From IMG/VR virus record IMGVR_UViG_3300032373_000046, positions 1 through 38,742 of that record: a stretch of 38,742 nt of DNA. One strand, 5' to 3'. The stretch's first letter is position 1, and each line of letters starts with the position of its first letter. Of this stretch, positions 9,892-18,477 are shown piece by piece. Both the position numbers and the translations under genes were made by a program. The notes below the pieces were generated by a model that was given only the letters and a program-made list of their open reading frames with translations, did no database searches and had not been told where the DNA came from. Origin of the DNA: a virus (Duplodnaviria; Caudoviricetes).

Positions 9892-11232
9892 GTGGTAGAT
9901 TATAGGTTTGCAAAAAATGATCCGTTTGATTCCGTAATTCAGGGTTTTGGCACAAGCCAAGCCTTACGTGCTGGACGGCTACAGGAAAAGCAGGCGGAAA
10001 TTGAAGCTAAACGAGCTGCTGAAGCGGAGGCTAACCAGCAAAGAATTATCTCAAATCTGGTTAACAATAAAAACAGGACTGCGGAAGATATTTTCGAGGC
10101 TTCCATTATTTTGCCAGAGAGTATGCGGAAGGGCATGCTTGCCGGGTTTCAGGCAATGGGCGAGGAAAAGCAACGCAATCAAATATCATTTGCTAGTCAG
10201 GTCTTGTCGTCAATCAATGCGGGCAAGCCTGAGATCGCCGGGGATTTATTGGAGCGCAGGGCTTTAGCTACTGAAAACTCAGGCAACGATCAAGAGGCTC
10301 AAGCGTTTAGGGATATTGCCAAGCTTGTAGAAAACGACCCTGAGTCTGCGTTTCTGTCATTTGCAACGCAACTCGCCACACTACCAGGCGGAAAAGATGC
10401 TGTTGCGGCTGTTCTGGATATTCGAGAAGAACAAAGAAAAGTACAGCTACAGCCTGCCAAGGTATCAGAAAAAGCGGCAGCGTTAGGGCTTACCACAGCA
10501 CAAACCGCGAAAGCTGTTGCGGAGGCCAAAAAAGCTGAGGCAATGATTGCAAAAACCAATGCTGAAGCCGGAAAGGTCGCGCTAGAAGCAGCTGAAATTA
10601 AGATGAAATTGGCTGCTGAAAGCTCCGATTATGCCAAGCTGGGCGAGCAGGGCAAAAAACTTGTAAACGACGCGGTTGATGCCTCTATTAACTCTGCAAA
10701 CCTTGCTGAACAATATGGAACGCTTGCCGGGGAAATTGAGCAGGAGATAACGTCCGCTGGTTCAGGCGCGGCAGCGGCTGAAAAGATTAAAAAGATTTTT
10801 GGTAATCAGGATAATATTTCTCGCTTGAGGTTGGACTTTAAGCGGATGAAAAACTCTGCCGTTCTTAAAATGCTGCCTCCTGGTGTTGCGTCCGACAAAG
10901 ATATTGAGATTGCACAAGGCGCATTCCCTGAAGAAACGGACAATCCCGAACTTATTGCAAACTTCCTGCGCACAATGGAGCGCCTGCAAAGAGCCGAGGC
11001 GATCAACAACCGTAATCGCTCGGAGTGGGTTGAGCGTGTTGGTTCACTTGGCGAGGCCAAGCGGGACATCTTGATTGGCGAAAAGGCCATTCCATCAGGA
11101 ACAAGCTTTATTGATTACACAACAGGGGTGATTGAGCAACTGATGCCCACTGAGGGGGTTGAAGAGGAAATTGAAGAGCCGGATATTGAGGCGCTTTTAT
11201 TGAAATATGGGGCAGGCGATGGCAACCCCTGA
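9892..11232 (+). CDS. DNA ejection protein (P22 gp20-like position)
   Basis: GTG start after GGAGG at 9879; helical, Ala-rich; LPPGVASDKDI motif; between gp7- and gp16-like genes. Confidence 0.7.
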   Translation: MVDYRFAKNDPFDSVIQGFGTSQALRAGRLQEKQAEIEAKRAAEAEANQQRIISNLVNNKNRTAEDIFEASIILPESMRKGMLAGFQAMGEEKQRNQISFASQVLSSINAGKPEIAGDLLERRALATENSGNDQEAQAFRDIAKLVENDPESAFLSFATQLATLPGGKDAVAAVLDIREEQRKVQLQPAKVSEKAAALGLTTAQTAKAVAEAKKAEAMIAKTNAEAGKVALEAAEIKMKLAAESSDYAKLGEQGKKLVNDAVDASINSANLAEQYGTLAGEIEQEITSAGSGAAAAEKIKKIFGNQDNISRLRLDFKRMKNSAVLKMLPPGVASDKDIEIAQGAFPEETDNPELIANFLRTMERLQRAEAINNRNRSEWVERVGSLGEAKRDILIGEKAIPSGTSFIDYTTGVIEQLMPTEGVEEEIEEPDIEALLLKYGAGDGNP

Positions 11233-13108
11233 AGAGCTTAAAAAAGCATTAATAGCTGCTGATAAGGCCGGTGATGTTGAGGCTGCGAAAGCTTTGGCTG
11301 CTGAACTGTCTCGCATTCAAGCAGAGCCCTTGTCTGCTGATTTGTCAGATGAACAGGTAGAGCGCACCATTGGCCAGAGGCTACTCAGGCAATTAGGTTT
11401 AACGGGGCGGGCTGTTATTGAAGGCGGCGCAAACTTTGTCGGATTGTTTTCCGACCCCGTTAACGCAATTACAAATCTAGCGATTAGCCCTGCAACGGAT
11501 TTTCGGTTTGGTCGTGTTGGTGATGCAGCCGCTCAAGCTGCTGATGATTTGGGCTTACCACAAGCCGAAACCCCTACGGAACGAGTGGTGCAGTCAGCTT
11601 CCAAGGCCGTTGTAGGCGGTGCTGGTTCGGTTGGTGTTTCCCGGTTAGCGGCCTCAAAAATTGCAGAGGGTGGCGGTCGCATGGCGGCTGAAATAATGGC
11701 AGCACAGCCAGCGGCTCAACTCTCTGGTGCGGCTGGTTCGGGTGCGGCTCAACAAACTGTGGCAGAAGCGGGAGGTGGTCAGGGTGCGCAACTATTGGCA
11801 GCCCTTGCTGGTGGTGTAGCTGGGGCAAGGACTAGCATTAAACCAACAAATACCCCTAAAATTGCTGATGAGTTTAACCAGGTAAAAGATACCGGCGTTA
11901 AGGTTTTAACCTCTGACATTATCACGCCTGAAACCTTTGCTGCCAAGTGGCTACAGCGTACCGGCGAAATGATACCCATTGCGGGAACGGGAAAAGTGCG
12001 TGAAGCCCAGCAAGCCACTAGAATTGACGCAATCAAGGATACACTTAGAAACTTTGATGCAGATGACTTGACGGTTAGGGCAATTGATGATGTTGCCGAC
12101 GATCTCTTGAAAACCAGATCAGCTAAAATAGACAAGCTGTCCAAGCTAAAAAACGGTGTTATTGATGGTCTGGAAGATGCGGGCGCTGTTCCTGTTGAAA
12201 AAACCATTGCTGCCATTGATGATCAGATAGCAAAAATTGATGCAATTGGTCTTGATATAAACAAGCCTGTTGTCAACATTTTAACAGATTTTAAAACCGC
12301 ACTTGCCGATAAAGACCTCGTAGCGGTTGAAAGCATTCGCAAGGCACTTGGTAAAGCCTTTGATGGCGACAACTTCACAAATGTAAAGGATACGGGCGAC
12401 AAAGCCTTGAGGGCTATATATGGGCCTCTCAGGCAGGACATGGAGGCATTTATAACGGCAAGCGGTAAACCCCAGGACGTAACCAAATGGAAGGTTGCCA
12501 ACAAAGAACTATCCAAGCTTGCTGGTGAGTTGAAAAAAGGCACTTTGAAAAGCGTGCTGAATAATGCCGAGGCTTCGCCTGAAGACGTTAAGAGACTTCT
12601 GTTCAGTGCCAAGCCAAGCGATGTTAGGGCTTTGTACAAAAACCTTTCACCAAAAGGCCGCGCAAGTGCAAGGGCTGCTGTATTGCAGGAATCCCTTGAA
12701 AAAGCTGGTGAACAGATAAGCCCTGAGAAGTTTGTAAATCAGTTGAAGAAACGCGCTGATCAAGTCGGTGTATTCTTTAGTGGTGATGATCTCAAGACAG
12801 TCAAAGGGCTCACCAAGGCCATCGACATGACGCGGCAGGCATCAAGGGCTGCTGTTTCGCCCCCTACTGGCGTGCAGGCTGTGCCAGTGCTTGGAACGGC
12901 TGTTCTTGCTGATGTGTTTGGTTCAGGGGGTGCGGCGGTTGCAAGCCTTGGAACCATAGGGGGAATGGCGAGACTGTACGAATCCGCACCAGTCAGGAAC
13001 TTACTCATAAAATTAGCAGATTCCTCGCTAACGGAACCAGAAGGCGCGGCAATCCTTAAAAGAATTATAGCCATCGCTCAAACAGAGGACGAAGACAATG
13101 GGAACTAG
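11219..13108 (+). CDS. DNA ejection protein (P22 gp16-like)
   Basis: ~630 aa Ala/Gly-rich; RQLGLTGRAVIEG, GLPQAETPTER, ARLYES.PVRN.L motifs. Confidence 0.78.
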   Translation: MATPEELKKALIAADKAGDVEAAKALAAELSRIQAEPLSADLSDEQVERTIGQRLLRQLGLTGRAVIEGGANFVGLFSDPVNAITNLAISPATDFRFGRVGDAAAQAADDLGLPQAETPTERVVQSASKAVVGGAGSVGVSRLAASKIAEGGGRMAAEIMAAQPAAQLSGAAGSGAAQQTVAEAGGGQGAQLLAALAGGVAGARTSIKPTNTPKIADEFNQVKDTGVKVLTSDIITPETFAAKWLQRTGEMIPIAGTGKVREAQQATRIDAIKDTLRNFDADDLTVRAIDDVADDLLKTRSAKIDKLSKLKNGVIDGLEDAGAVPVEKTIAAIDDQIAKIDAIGLDINKPVVNILTDFKTALADKDLVAVESIRKALGKAFDGDNFTNVKDTGDKALRAIYGPLRQDMEAFITASGKPQDVTKWKVANKELSKLAGELKKGTLKSVLNNAEASPEDVKRLLFSAKPSDVRALYKNLSPKGRASARAAVLQESLEKAGEQISPEKFVNQLKKRADQVGVFFSGDDLKTVKGLTKAIDMTRQASRAAVSPPTGVQAVPVLGTAVLADVFGSGGAAVASLGTIGGMARLYESAPVRNLLIKLADSSLTEPEGAAILKRIIAIAQTEDEDNGN

Positions 13109-14918
13109 ATCAATAGAGCCTCCATTTGAGTTTTTCTTTGATGAAAAAGGAAAGGCGCTTGAAGCGGGATATATTTATATAGGTACGGTTAATCTTGACC
13201 CTGTAGCCAACCCGATAAGTATATATTGGGATGCTGCATTAACAATTCCCATTACGCAGCCTATTCGTACTGTGGCTGGGGTTCCTAGCAACAACGGTGC
13301 TGCCGCCACCATTTACGCTGCTAGTGATTATTCAATTGAGGTTCGAAATAAAAATCAGGTGATGGTTTATGAAAGCCCTAGCGATAATCAACGGGTGTCC
13401 CCAAGCATTATTAACTACACCAACTCTAAGACCGGAGCGGTATCTCGCACACTGCAAAGTCGCTTAGAAGATTACACGTCCGCAAAAGATTTTGGTGCTC
13501 CTACAGGCGGGGATGACAGCGCTGCGCTACAGGCCGCGATAGACGCTACCCCGGCTGGTGGCAAGCTGTATCTTCCCGTTGGCACATACGCAGTCGCAAC
13601 AGGCTTAACCCGTTCAACACCTATTTCCATTATCGGCGATGGCATTGAGGGCAACGGCGGCACTGTAATTAGTTACACTGGTTCCGGTGTGGCGATGACG
13701 TTTGACACATCGCAGAACGGTTTATTCCTTTCTAATTTCCGCATTGCTGGCACATCTTCTGGCACAGACGGCATTCTTATAAAGGACGGCTTCAACAATA
13801 TCATGTTGTTTCACATGGTAAGCGAGGGTTTTTCTGCCGGGAACGGACTGCGATTAAACGACACATTCGACATTACAATTATTGGCGGGGCGATTAGGCA
13901 AAACAGCATCAACATTAATACAGATATTGGCGATACATTCGGGACTGTGAACGCGGTTAGCATGTACGGTGTAGGGCTGGCGGATGCGGGGACTAAAGGC
14001 GTTGTTGTTAATTCTGGTGCAGGTTGGGTTATAGACCGGTGTGATTTTTCTGGACTGGCTACCAACGCGATTGGTATTGATTTTGCTCCGGGGTTAGCGC
14101 CTAGCGCTTCAGCTAATTGTAGGGCAATGGACCTTACAGCCAACTTTTTCGAATCTGCGACCGGCGCTACAAATTGTCAGGCGGTGCGCATAGGTGCCGG
14201 GGCTACAGTGTCCGCGAGTCTAATATCACACATTACCATTGATGGTTCTAACGAATTTGATGTTGGCGGCGATCAGATTTCTATGGATGTTTGCCGCGCG
14301 GTATTTGTCCAGGGGAATGCGCACGGAGCCTTAGAATCCGGTAAAAAGAACCTTGTTGCGACCGCAAATAGTGTTGATCCAGATTATGATATTGTTCCGT
14401 TCAATAGTTCAAATATTACCGATAATAGTGTAACAAAAAGGTTCTCCGGCAATGATAGAATGTTTGTTGCAGAGCATTCTGGCAACTATACAAGTCCTGA
14501 ACGATCCGCTGTATTAGTGCATCCAACTGCTAACTTAGCCAACAAAACTGGTGACGGCACGGTCTTTACGATGGAATACGGCACTGAAGTTACCGATACA
14601 CAGGGCGAGTTCAACACAAGTACATTTGTTTTTACAGCGCAAAAAAGCGGCACTTATCGCTATGATCATGCTACGACCGCTAACAACGCTGCCGGGTTAA
14701 CATATGAGCAAATTCGGCTGGTAACATCTAACGACACTTTCGATCTTTATTTTGGAAAAGACGAGGTGAGCGGCACTCTTACACAGTCTGGCGGCTTGGC
14801 TGTTTATATGGACGCCAACGATACATCAACCATCACTTGTGAGATCGGCGGACTTGGTGGTGTCACGGCTGGCTTTGTGGCGAGCGGTACGTTCCTTTCA
14901 ATCACTTACGTAGGATAA
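13098..14918 (+). CDS. Tailspike / receptor-binding protein: head-binding domain, beta-helix, C-terminal C1q-like domain
   Basis: N-terminal F.D..GK.LE.GYIYIG...DP...PI.IYWD; KDFGA..GDDSAALQAAID..LYLP.GTY beta-helix start; C-terminal GEFNTSTFVFTAQKSGTYRY. Confidence 0.85.
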   Translation: MGTRSIEPPFEFFFDEKGKALEAGYIYIGTVNLDPVANPISIYWDAALTIPITQPIRTVAGVPSNNGAAATIYAASDYSIEVRNKNQVMVYESPSDNQRVSPSIINYTNSKTGAVSRTLQSRLEDYTSAKDFGAPTGGDDSAALQAAIDATPAGGKLYLPVGTYAVATGLTRSTPISIIGDGIEGNGGTVISYTGSGVAMTFDTSQNGLFLSNFRIAGTSSGTDGILIKDGFNNIMLFHMVSEGFSAGNGLRLNDTFDITIIGGAIRQNSININTDIGDTFGTVNAVSMYGVGLADAGTKGVVVNSGAGWVIDRCDFSGLATNAIGIDFAPGLAPSASANCRAMDLTANFFESATGATNCQAVRIGAGATVSASLISHITIDGSNEFDVGGDQISMDVCRAVFVQGNAHGALESGKKNLVATANSVDPDYDIVPFNSSNITDNSVTKRFSGNDRMFVAEHSGNYTSPERSAVLVHPTANLANKTGDGTVFTMEYGTEVTDTQGEFNTSTFVFTAQKSGTYRYDHATTANNAAGLTYEQIRLVTSNDTFDLYFGKDEVSGTLTQSGGLAVYMDANDTSTITCEIGGLGGVTAGFVASGTFLSITYVG

Positions 14919-14922
14919 GAAT

Positions 14923-15129
14923 ATGAAACTAGAAATAGATGTAACCCAAGAGCAACATGACTGTATTGGCAAAGGCTTGCGTGACGGCTTTACACCTGAA
15001 GAATGGCTACAAAGCGCATGGGATGGAAAGGCCAATAGCTGTAAAAAGCGCGCCCTATCAAGCGTTGCTGCCGTCCCTGATGAAGTACCAGTAGAGGTTT
15101 ACCCAAAAAGAAGAGCCGCACTAAAATAA
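14923..15129 (+). CDS. Hypothetical protein (possible tailspike chaperone)
   Basis: 68 aa, AGGA RBS, directly after tailspike. Confidence 0.55.
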   Translation: MKLEIDVTQEQHDCIGKGLRDGFTPEEWLQSAWDGKANSCKKRALSSVAAVPDEVPVEVYPKRRAALK

Positions 15130-15279
15130 CGAAACGGCCCCGCCAGTACTAGGCATACCAGCGGAGCCTGACCAAGACCACTACGTACATAGTGGCATGG
15201 CTGACCCACCGATAACCGGATTCAGCGTGCCGCGTCAAATAAAGCGCTCAATTTGAGCTATTTAAAAAACGAGGCACAT

Positions 15280-15537
15280 ATGACAGACAGCAGTAAGGCG
15301 TTGCAAATGAGCCAAGAGAACGCGCTAGCCATTGCCGGAATTAAGGCTTGGATGGAGGGCCACGACAAGCTGTGTGAAGAACGCACAAAAAATCTGGAAA
15401 AGGGAATGGACGAAGTTCATAAAACCTTAAAACTTCTTTTAAAGATTTCAACATACGGCGGCGGCGCTGTGCTTGCGCTGCTTTTGAGTGCTGTAGTTTT
15501 CCTTCTGACACACCCCGAAGTTTCTCTCATCAAGTAA
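15280..15537 (+). CDS. Holin/antiholin-like protein (coiled coil plus C-terminal TM helix)
   Basis: ATG after GAGG (alternative TTG at 15253); H.K.CEER coiled coil then GGGAVLALLLSAVVFLL; head of lysis cassette. Confidence 0.6.
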   Translation: MTDSSKALQMSQENALAIAGIKAWMEGHDKLCEERTKNLEKGMDEVHKTLKLLLKISTYGGGAVLALLLSAVVFLLTHPEVSLIK

Positions 15538-15548
15538 GGAGTTTTACC

Positions 15549-15656
15549 ATGATTGAGGTAATAGTAACCATCATTCTAACCACCGGAATATGGGCAATTT
15601 TATGCCGCAGGTTCCCAAAGTTAAGGGCGAAGGTGTTCGGAGACAATGAAGCCTAA
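15549..15656 (+). CDS. 35-aa single-TM peptide in lysis cassette
   Basis: Not in ORF track; AAGGAG RBS at 15536; MIEVIVTIILTTGIWAILCRRFPKLRAKVFGDNEA. Confidence 0.6.
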   Translation: MIEVIVTIILTTGIWAILCRRFPKLRAKVFGDNEA

Positions 15657-15870
15657 CGCAACAAACAGCAGGAAAATGGCGTGGTTCGGGGCTGTTTCCG
15701 TCACTGTGATCATGCTGCTGTCCTTGTGGCTACTGAGAAGTGATAGCGTGCCAATTATTGTTGCGGGTCTCCCTATACAGGGGCTTCTTCTGACAGGCCA
15801 TGCCTACATTGCCAATAAGCGAGAATCCGAACATGAAAGGTTTTCAAATGAAACTTCAGAGATTGACTGA
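15646..15870 (+). CDS. Putative holin (two TM helices)
   Basis: NSRK then two hydrophobic segments and a charged C-tail; overlaps endolysin start. Confidence 0.65.
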   Translation: MKPNATNSRKMAWFGAVSVTVIMLLSLWLLRSDSVPIIVAGLPIQGLLLTGHAYIANKRESEHERFSNETSEID

Positions 15871-16273
15871 TAGCGGGCAGGAAACAATGGGCCGTTTGGA
15901 AGTTAACGGCTCGCGGTTCTGCAACACTTTAGAAGATACATACAGGGATATTAAAATCCCCGGTGATACCCGCATCCCTGCTGGAAAATATAAAGTCATC
16001 CCTCGTTTTTACGGTAAGTTTTTTGAAGCCTACAAAAAGCGTTGGAATCATCGTTTCGGCTTGGAATTGGAAAACGTACCAAACTATACACATGTTCTAA
16101 TTCACACCGGCAATAATCACCTACACACGGCTGGTTGCATTCTTGTCGGCTCTGCCGGTACCAAAGACAGCTTAACGGGCTCTCGTGGCGCTTATTCACG
16201 GCTATATGATGAAATTTCACCAGCGGTTGAGGTGGGAGATTGCTGGATTGAAGTCTGTGACGAGGAAAGCTAA
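15848..16273 (+). CDS. DUF5675-family protein, probable endolysin
   Basis: ATG after GAAAGG; TMGRL, FCNTLED, TRIPAGKY, LIHTGN...HTAGCILVG His/Cys motif; between holin and spanins. Confidence 0.8.
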   Translation: MKLQRLTDSGQETMGRLEVNGSRFCNTLEDTYRDIKIPGDTRIPAGKYKVIPRFYGKFFEAYKKRWNHRFGLELENVPNYTHVLIHTGNNHLHTAGCILVGSAGTKDSLTGSRGAYSRLYDEISPAVEVGDCWIEVCDEES

Positions 16274-16902
16274 TGCCTTGGATTGCTCTAGGTCTAGCTG
16301 TTGCCATTGTTTTTGGCTATCTGGATTGGAGCCGGACGCAATGGATACAGCGCGCAACTGAGGCAAACATAGCGGCCCAGGTTAACGCAAAGACAATTGA
16401 TTATCTAAATGACACTGCCGAAATGTCTAAGGCATTTAATGCCGCTCTGGCAGAAAAGGAGGCAACCCATGCAAGGCAACTTGGCAAAAAAATATCAGAA
16501 ATCAACCAGCTACGCCTCACCGCTGACAAAATGGCTAAACTCGATCCGATGGGTTTTGGTGATGACTACCACGTCCGTCTTGCTCGCGTCATGTGCCGCA
16601 TTCAAGCCGGCACCAATCGTGACGACCGCGCCACCTGTAATAATGCTCCCGACGAAGCCTATCTCTCCGACATCGCCTTTACCATCACCGTTACGGCAGA
16701 AACAGCCGAAGTCTGGTCAGAACTCTGTGACGACGGACAAAGAGACTTTTGCGACTGGTCGCTAACAGGCAGAACACCACAAGGCGCGCTGACCGAACTA
16801 TCATGGCTTGAAGCAGTTGATGCATATGCGTTAAGGCAGGGTGATCAGATTGATGGTTTTCATGGTCTTATTGAGAAGATTACACAGTCAGAGCCAAAAT
16901 AG
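16273..16902 (+). CDS. Inner-membrane spanin (Rz-like), unusually long
   Basis: N-terminal TM anchor, coiled coil, follows endolysin, contains an embedded lipoprotein ORF. Confidence 0.7.
   Translation: MPWIALGLAVAIVFGYLDWSRTQWIQRATEANIAAQVNAKTIDYLNDTAEMSKAFNAALAEKEATHARQLGKKISEINQLRLTADKMAKLDPMGFGDDYHVRLARVMCRIQAGTNRDDRATCNNAPDEAYLSDIAFTITVTAETAEVWSELCDDGQRDFCDWSLTGRTPQGALTELSWLEAVDAYALRQGDQIDGFHGLIEKITQSEPK
16469..16765 (+). CDS. Embedded outer-membrane spanin (Rz1-like lipoprotein)
   Basis: Strong AAGGAGG SD at 16456-16462; lipobox LLAS-C (Cys codon at 16592); Pro-rich mature part; +1 frame inside the i-spanin. Confidence 0.68.
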   Translation: MQGNLAKKYQKSTSYASPLTKWLNSIRWVLVMTTTSVLLASCAAFKPAPIVTTAPPVIMLPTKPISPTSPLPSPLRQKQPKSGQNSVTTDKETFATGR

Positions 16903-16993
16903 AAAATCCCATTACGACTTGGCAAAGAAATATTGTTGACCTAAATATTTTGTGATACTTCTGCCGCGAACCTAATCAATAGGCAGAGAATTT

Positions 16994-17710
16994 ATGGAAA
17001 TTATCGGACGCAATTTGAATTGGGCAACCGGACCTATCCGCACCTACCTCAGAAAACAGACTGTTCTTTGGCCGCTTACAGCATTCCTAAAAAAATATAC
17101 CGTTCCCACATTCAATGCTTCTGATTTGCGGGTAATGCGCTGCTTGTATTGTATGGAAGAAACAAGCCATCTTGGTGGTGATATTGCAGAGTGCGGCATT
17201 GGAAGCGGTTATTCTCAGATATATATTCTTTCCTACTTAAATGAGTCGACAGACACTAGAGATTATCACGGCTTTGATACGTTCGAAGGCTTTCCTTTTA
17301 TTGATAAAGAAGACCTAGAAGGGATACCAGATCACCGCCGAGGCGTGTCTGTCGTGGGGCGTTATAAAGAATACCCGATTGCATATCATCAAAAGAGGGT
17401 GAACAAGTTAGGCATGGTCAATCGTGCCACCTTGCACAAGGGGCTTTTCAACGACACAATTCCAAAACTACCCGAAGATTTAAAATTCTCTTTTGTTTTT
17501 ATGGATTGCGACCTGTATCAAAGCTATCGCTCTTGCCTTGACAGTATGTATGATCGTGTTCTCTCTGGCGGCATTATCTTGTTTGATGAATACGAGCACA
17601 CTGTTGATTGGCCGGGCGCGAAAAAAGCTATCGATGAATTTTTTGCGGACAAAACGGAAAAGCCCGAGCCGTTACCTTTCGGCACAAGCTGGGTGGTGAG
17701 AAAAGTTTAA
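16994..17710 (+). CDS. TylF/MycF/NovP-family SAM-dependent O-methyltransferase (moron)
   Basis: GDIAECGIGSGYS, GFDTFEGFP, KGLFNDTIP, FVFMDCDLYQS, GGIILFDEY, WPGAKKAIDEFF; extended -10 TGTGATACT at 16951-16959. Confidence 0.88.
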   Translation: MEIIGRNLNWATGPIRTYLRKQTVLWPLTAFLKKYTVPTFNASDLRVMRCLYCMEETSHLGGDIAECGIGSGYSQIYILSYLNESTDTRDYHGFDTFEGFPFIDKEDLEGIPDHRRGVSVVGRYKEYPIAYHQKRVNKLGMVNRATLHKGLFNDTIPKLPEDLKFSFVFMDCDLYQSYRSCLDSMYDRVLSGGIILFDEYEHTVDWPGAKKAIDEFFADKTEKPEPLPFGTSWVVRKV

Positions 17711-18108
17711 TAACTGTCCACTGTTTTCTGAAATTCACCTTCGTGCGCTGAACGTATATTTTCAACTTTGCCAGCGTTTAAAATTCTCGGGTCAAGCGTG
17801 TGCTCCAAATGCTGCATGATGATTGAAGAATGTCCATGCTTTTGGGCGTGCCGTATTAGGGCCATGAACGCTTTATCCATTTTAATCTCACCGTCTTCAA
17901 TGCACTCTGACAGATGCATTAAAAGCTTTATGGTGTCTCCACAGCCTTCAGGAACGCTAAGAGTGTGTGCAGTAACCCCATCATTTCTGGCCTCAGTCAC
18001 AGCAAGCATTCCCATGCCGTTATCGAAGCAATCCCTGCGCGCCTCTATTAACAATGGGGCTACCCTGGTGTCATAAAATTCCTCGCGTTCATCCGTCACT
18101 ATTTTCAT
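17707..18108 (-). CDS. Hypothetical protein
   Basis: 133 aa; convergent with TylF gene; overlaps upstream small gene. Confidence 0.6.
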   Translation of the reverse strand: MKIVTDEREEFYDTRVAPLLIEARRDCFDNGMGMLAVTEARNDGVTAHTLSVPEGCGDTIKLLMHLSECIEDGEIKMDKAFMALIRHAQKHGHSSIIMQHLEHTLDPRILNAGKVENIRSAHEGEFQKTVDSY

Positions 18109-18271
18109 GAGATTTCTTTCTATCTATGATCAATCCGATAAAAACACCGGAGAGCAAGGTTAACACCCAAGGTAAAACGGGCATATCTGTATAGTAAGCC
18201 CCAATAGCCGCCGCCATACACAGTAGAGCCATCCCTAAATAGGCGAGCATTTCAATTGTTTGAATTGTCAT
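18089..18271 (-). CDS. 60-aa two-TM membrane protein next to attP
   Basis: ATG at 18271; two hydrophobic helices; candidate leaderless promoter TTGTCT-N16-TATTAT just upstream. Confidence 0.55.
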   Translation of the reverse strand: MTIQTIEMLAYLGMALLCMAAAIGAYYTDMPVLPWVLTLLSGVFIGLIIDRKKSHENSDG

Positions 18272-18295
18272 TTCACAATAATACACTGTTTTAAA

Positions 18296-18477
18296 GGTTA
18301 GACAAATTCCAAATAGCTCAACGGTTTCAACGGTGCCTTTCGGGGTGGTTAGACAACCTAAGCCATTGAAACACAGTGTTTGTGATAGTCCTCCCGGGAT
18401 CGCCATTTAAAAAATAAGCTATTGTAATATAGTGATTATTTTGTCTTTTTGTCTAACCCGGCTCGAAGGTTAGACAA
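18296..18477. mobile_element. attP region: core matching a tRNA 3' end plus four arm-type repeats
   Basis: TCCTCCCGGGATCGCCA at 18389-18405 (T-stem 3' half, acceptor 3' strand, G, CCA); GGTTAGACAA at 18296, 18347, 18468 and inverted at 18449; abuts integrase 3' end. Confidence 0.8.

Noticed and set aside
121-14143. Numerous antisense and alternate-frame ORFs over structural genes
   Set aside because: Shadow ORFs with Ser-rich biased composition and no motifs, overlapping well-supported genes.
13098-15250. Diversity-generating retroelement or invertible tail-fibre switch
   Set aside because: No reverse transcriptase, invertase or template/variable repeat pair was seen.
18389-18405. Phage-encoded tRNA gene
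   Set aside because: Only the last 17 nt of a tRNA are present, with no D or anticodon arm upstream; interpreted as the attP core.
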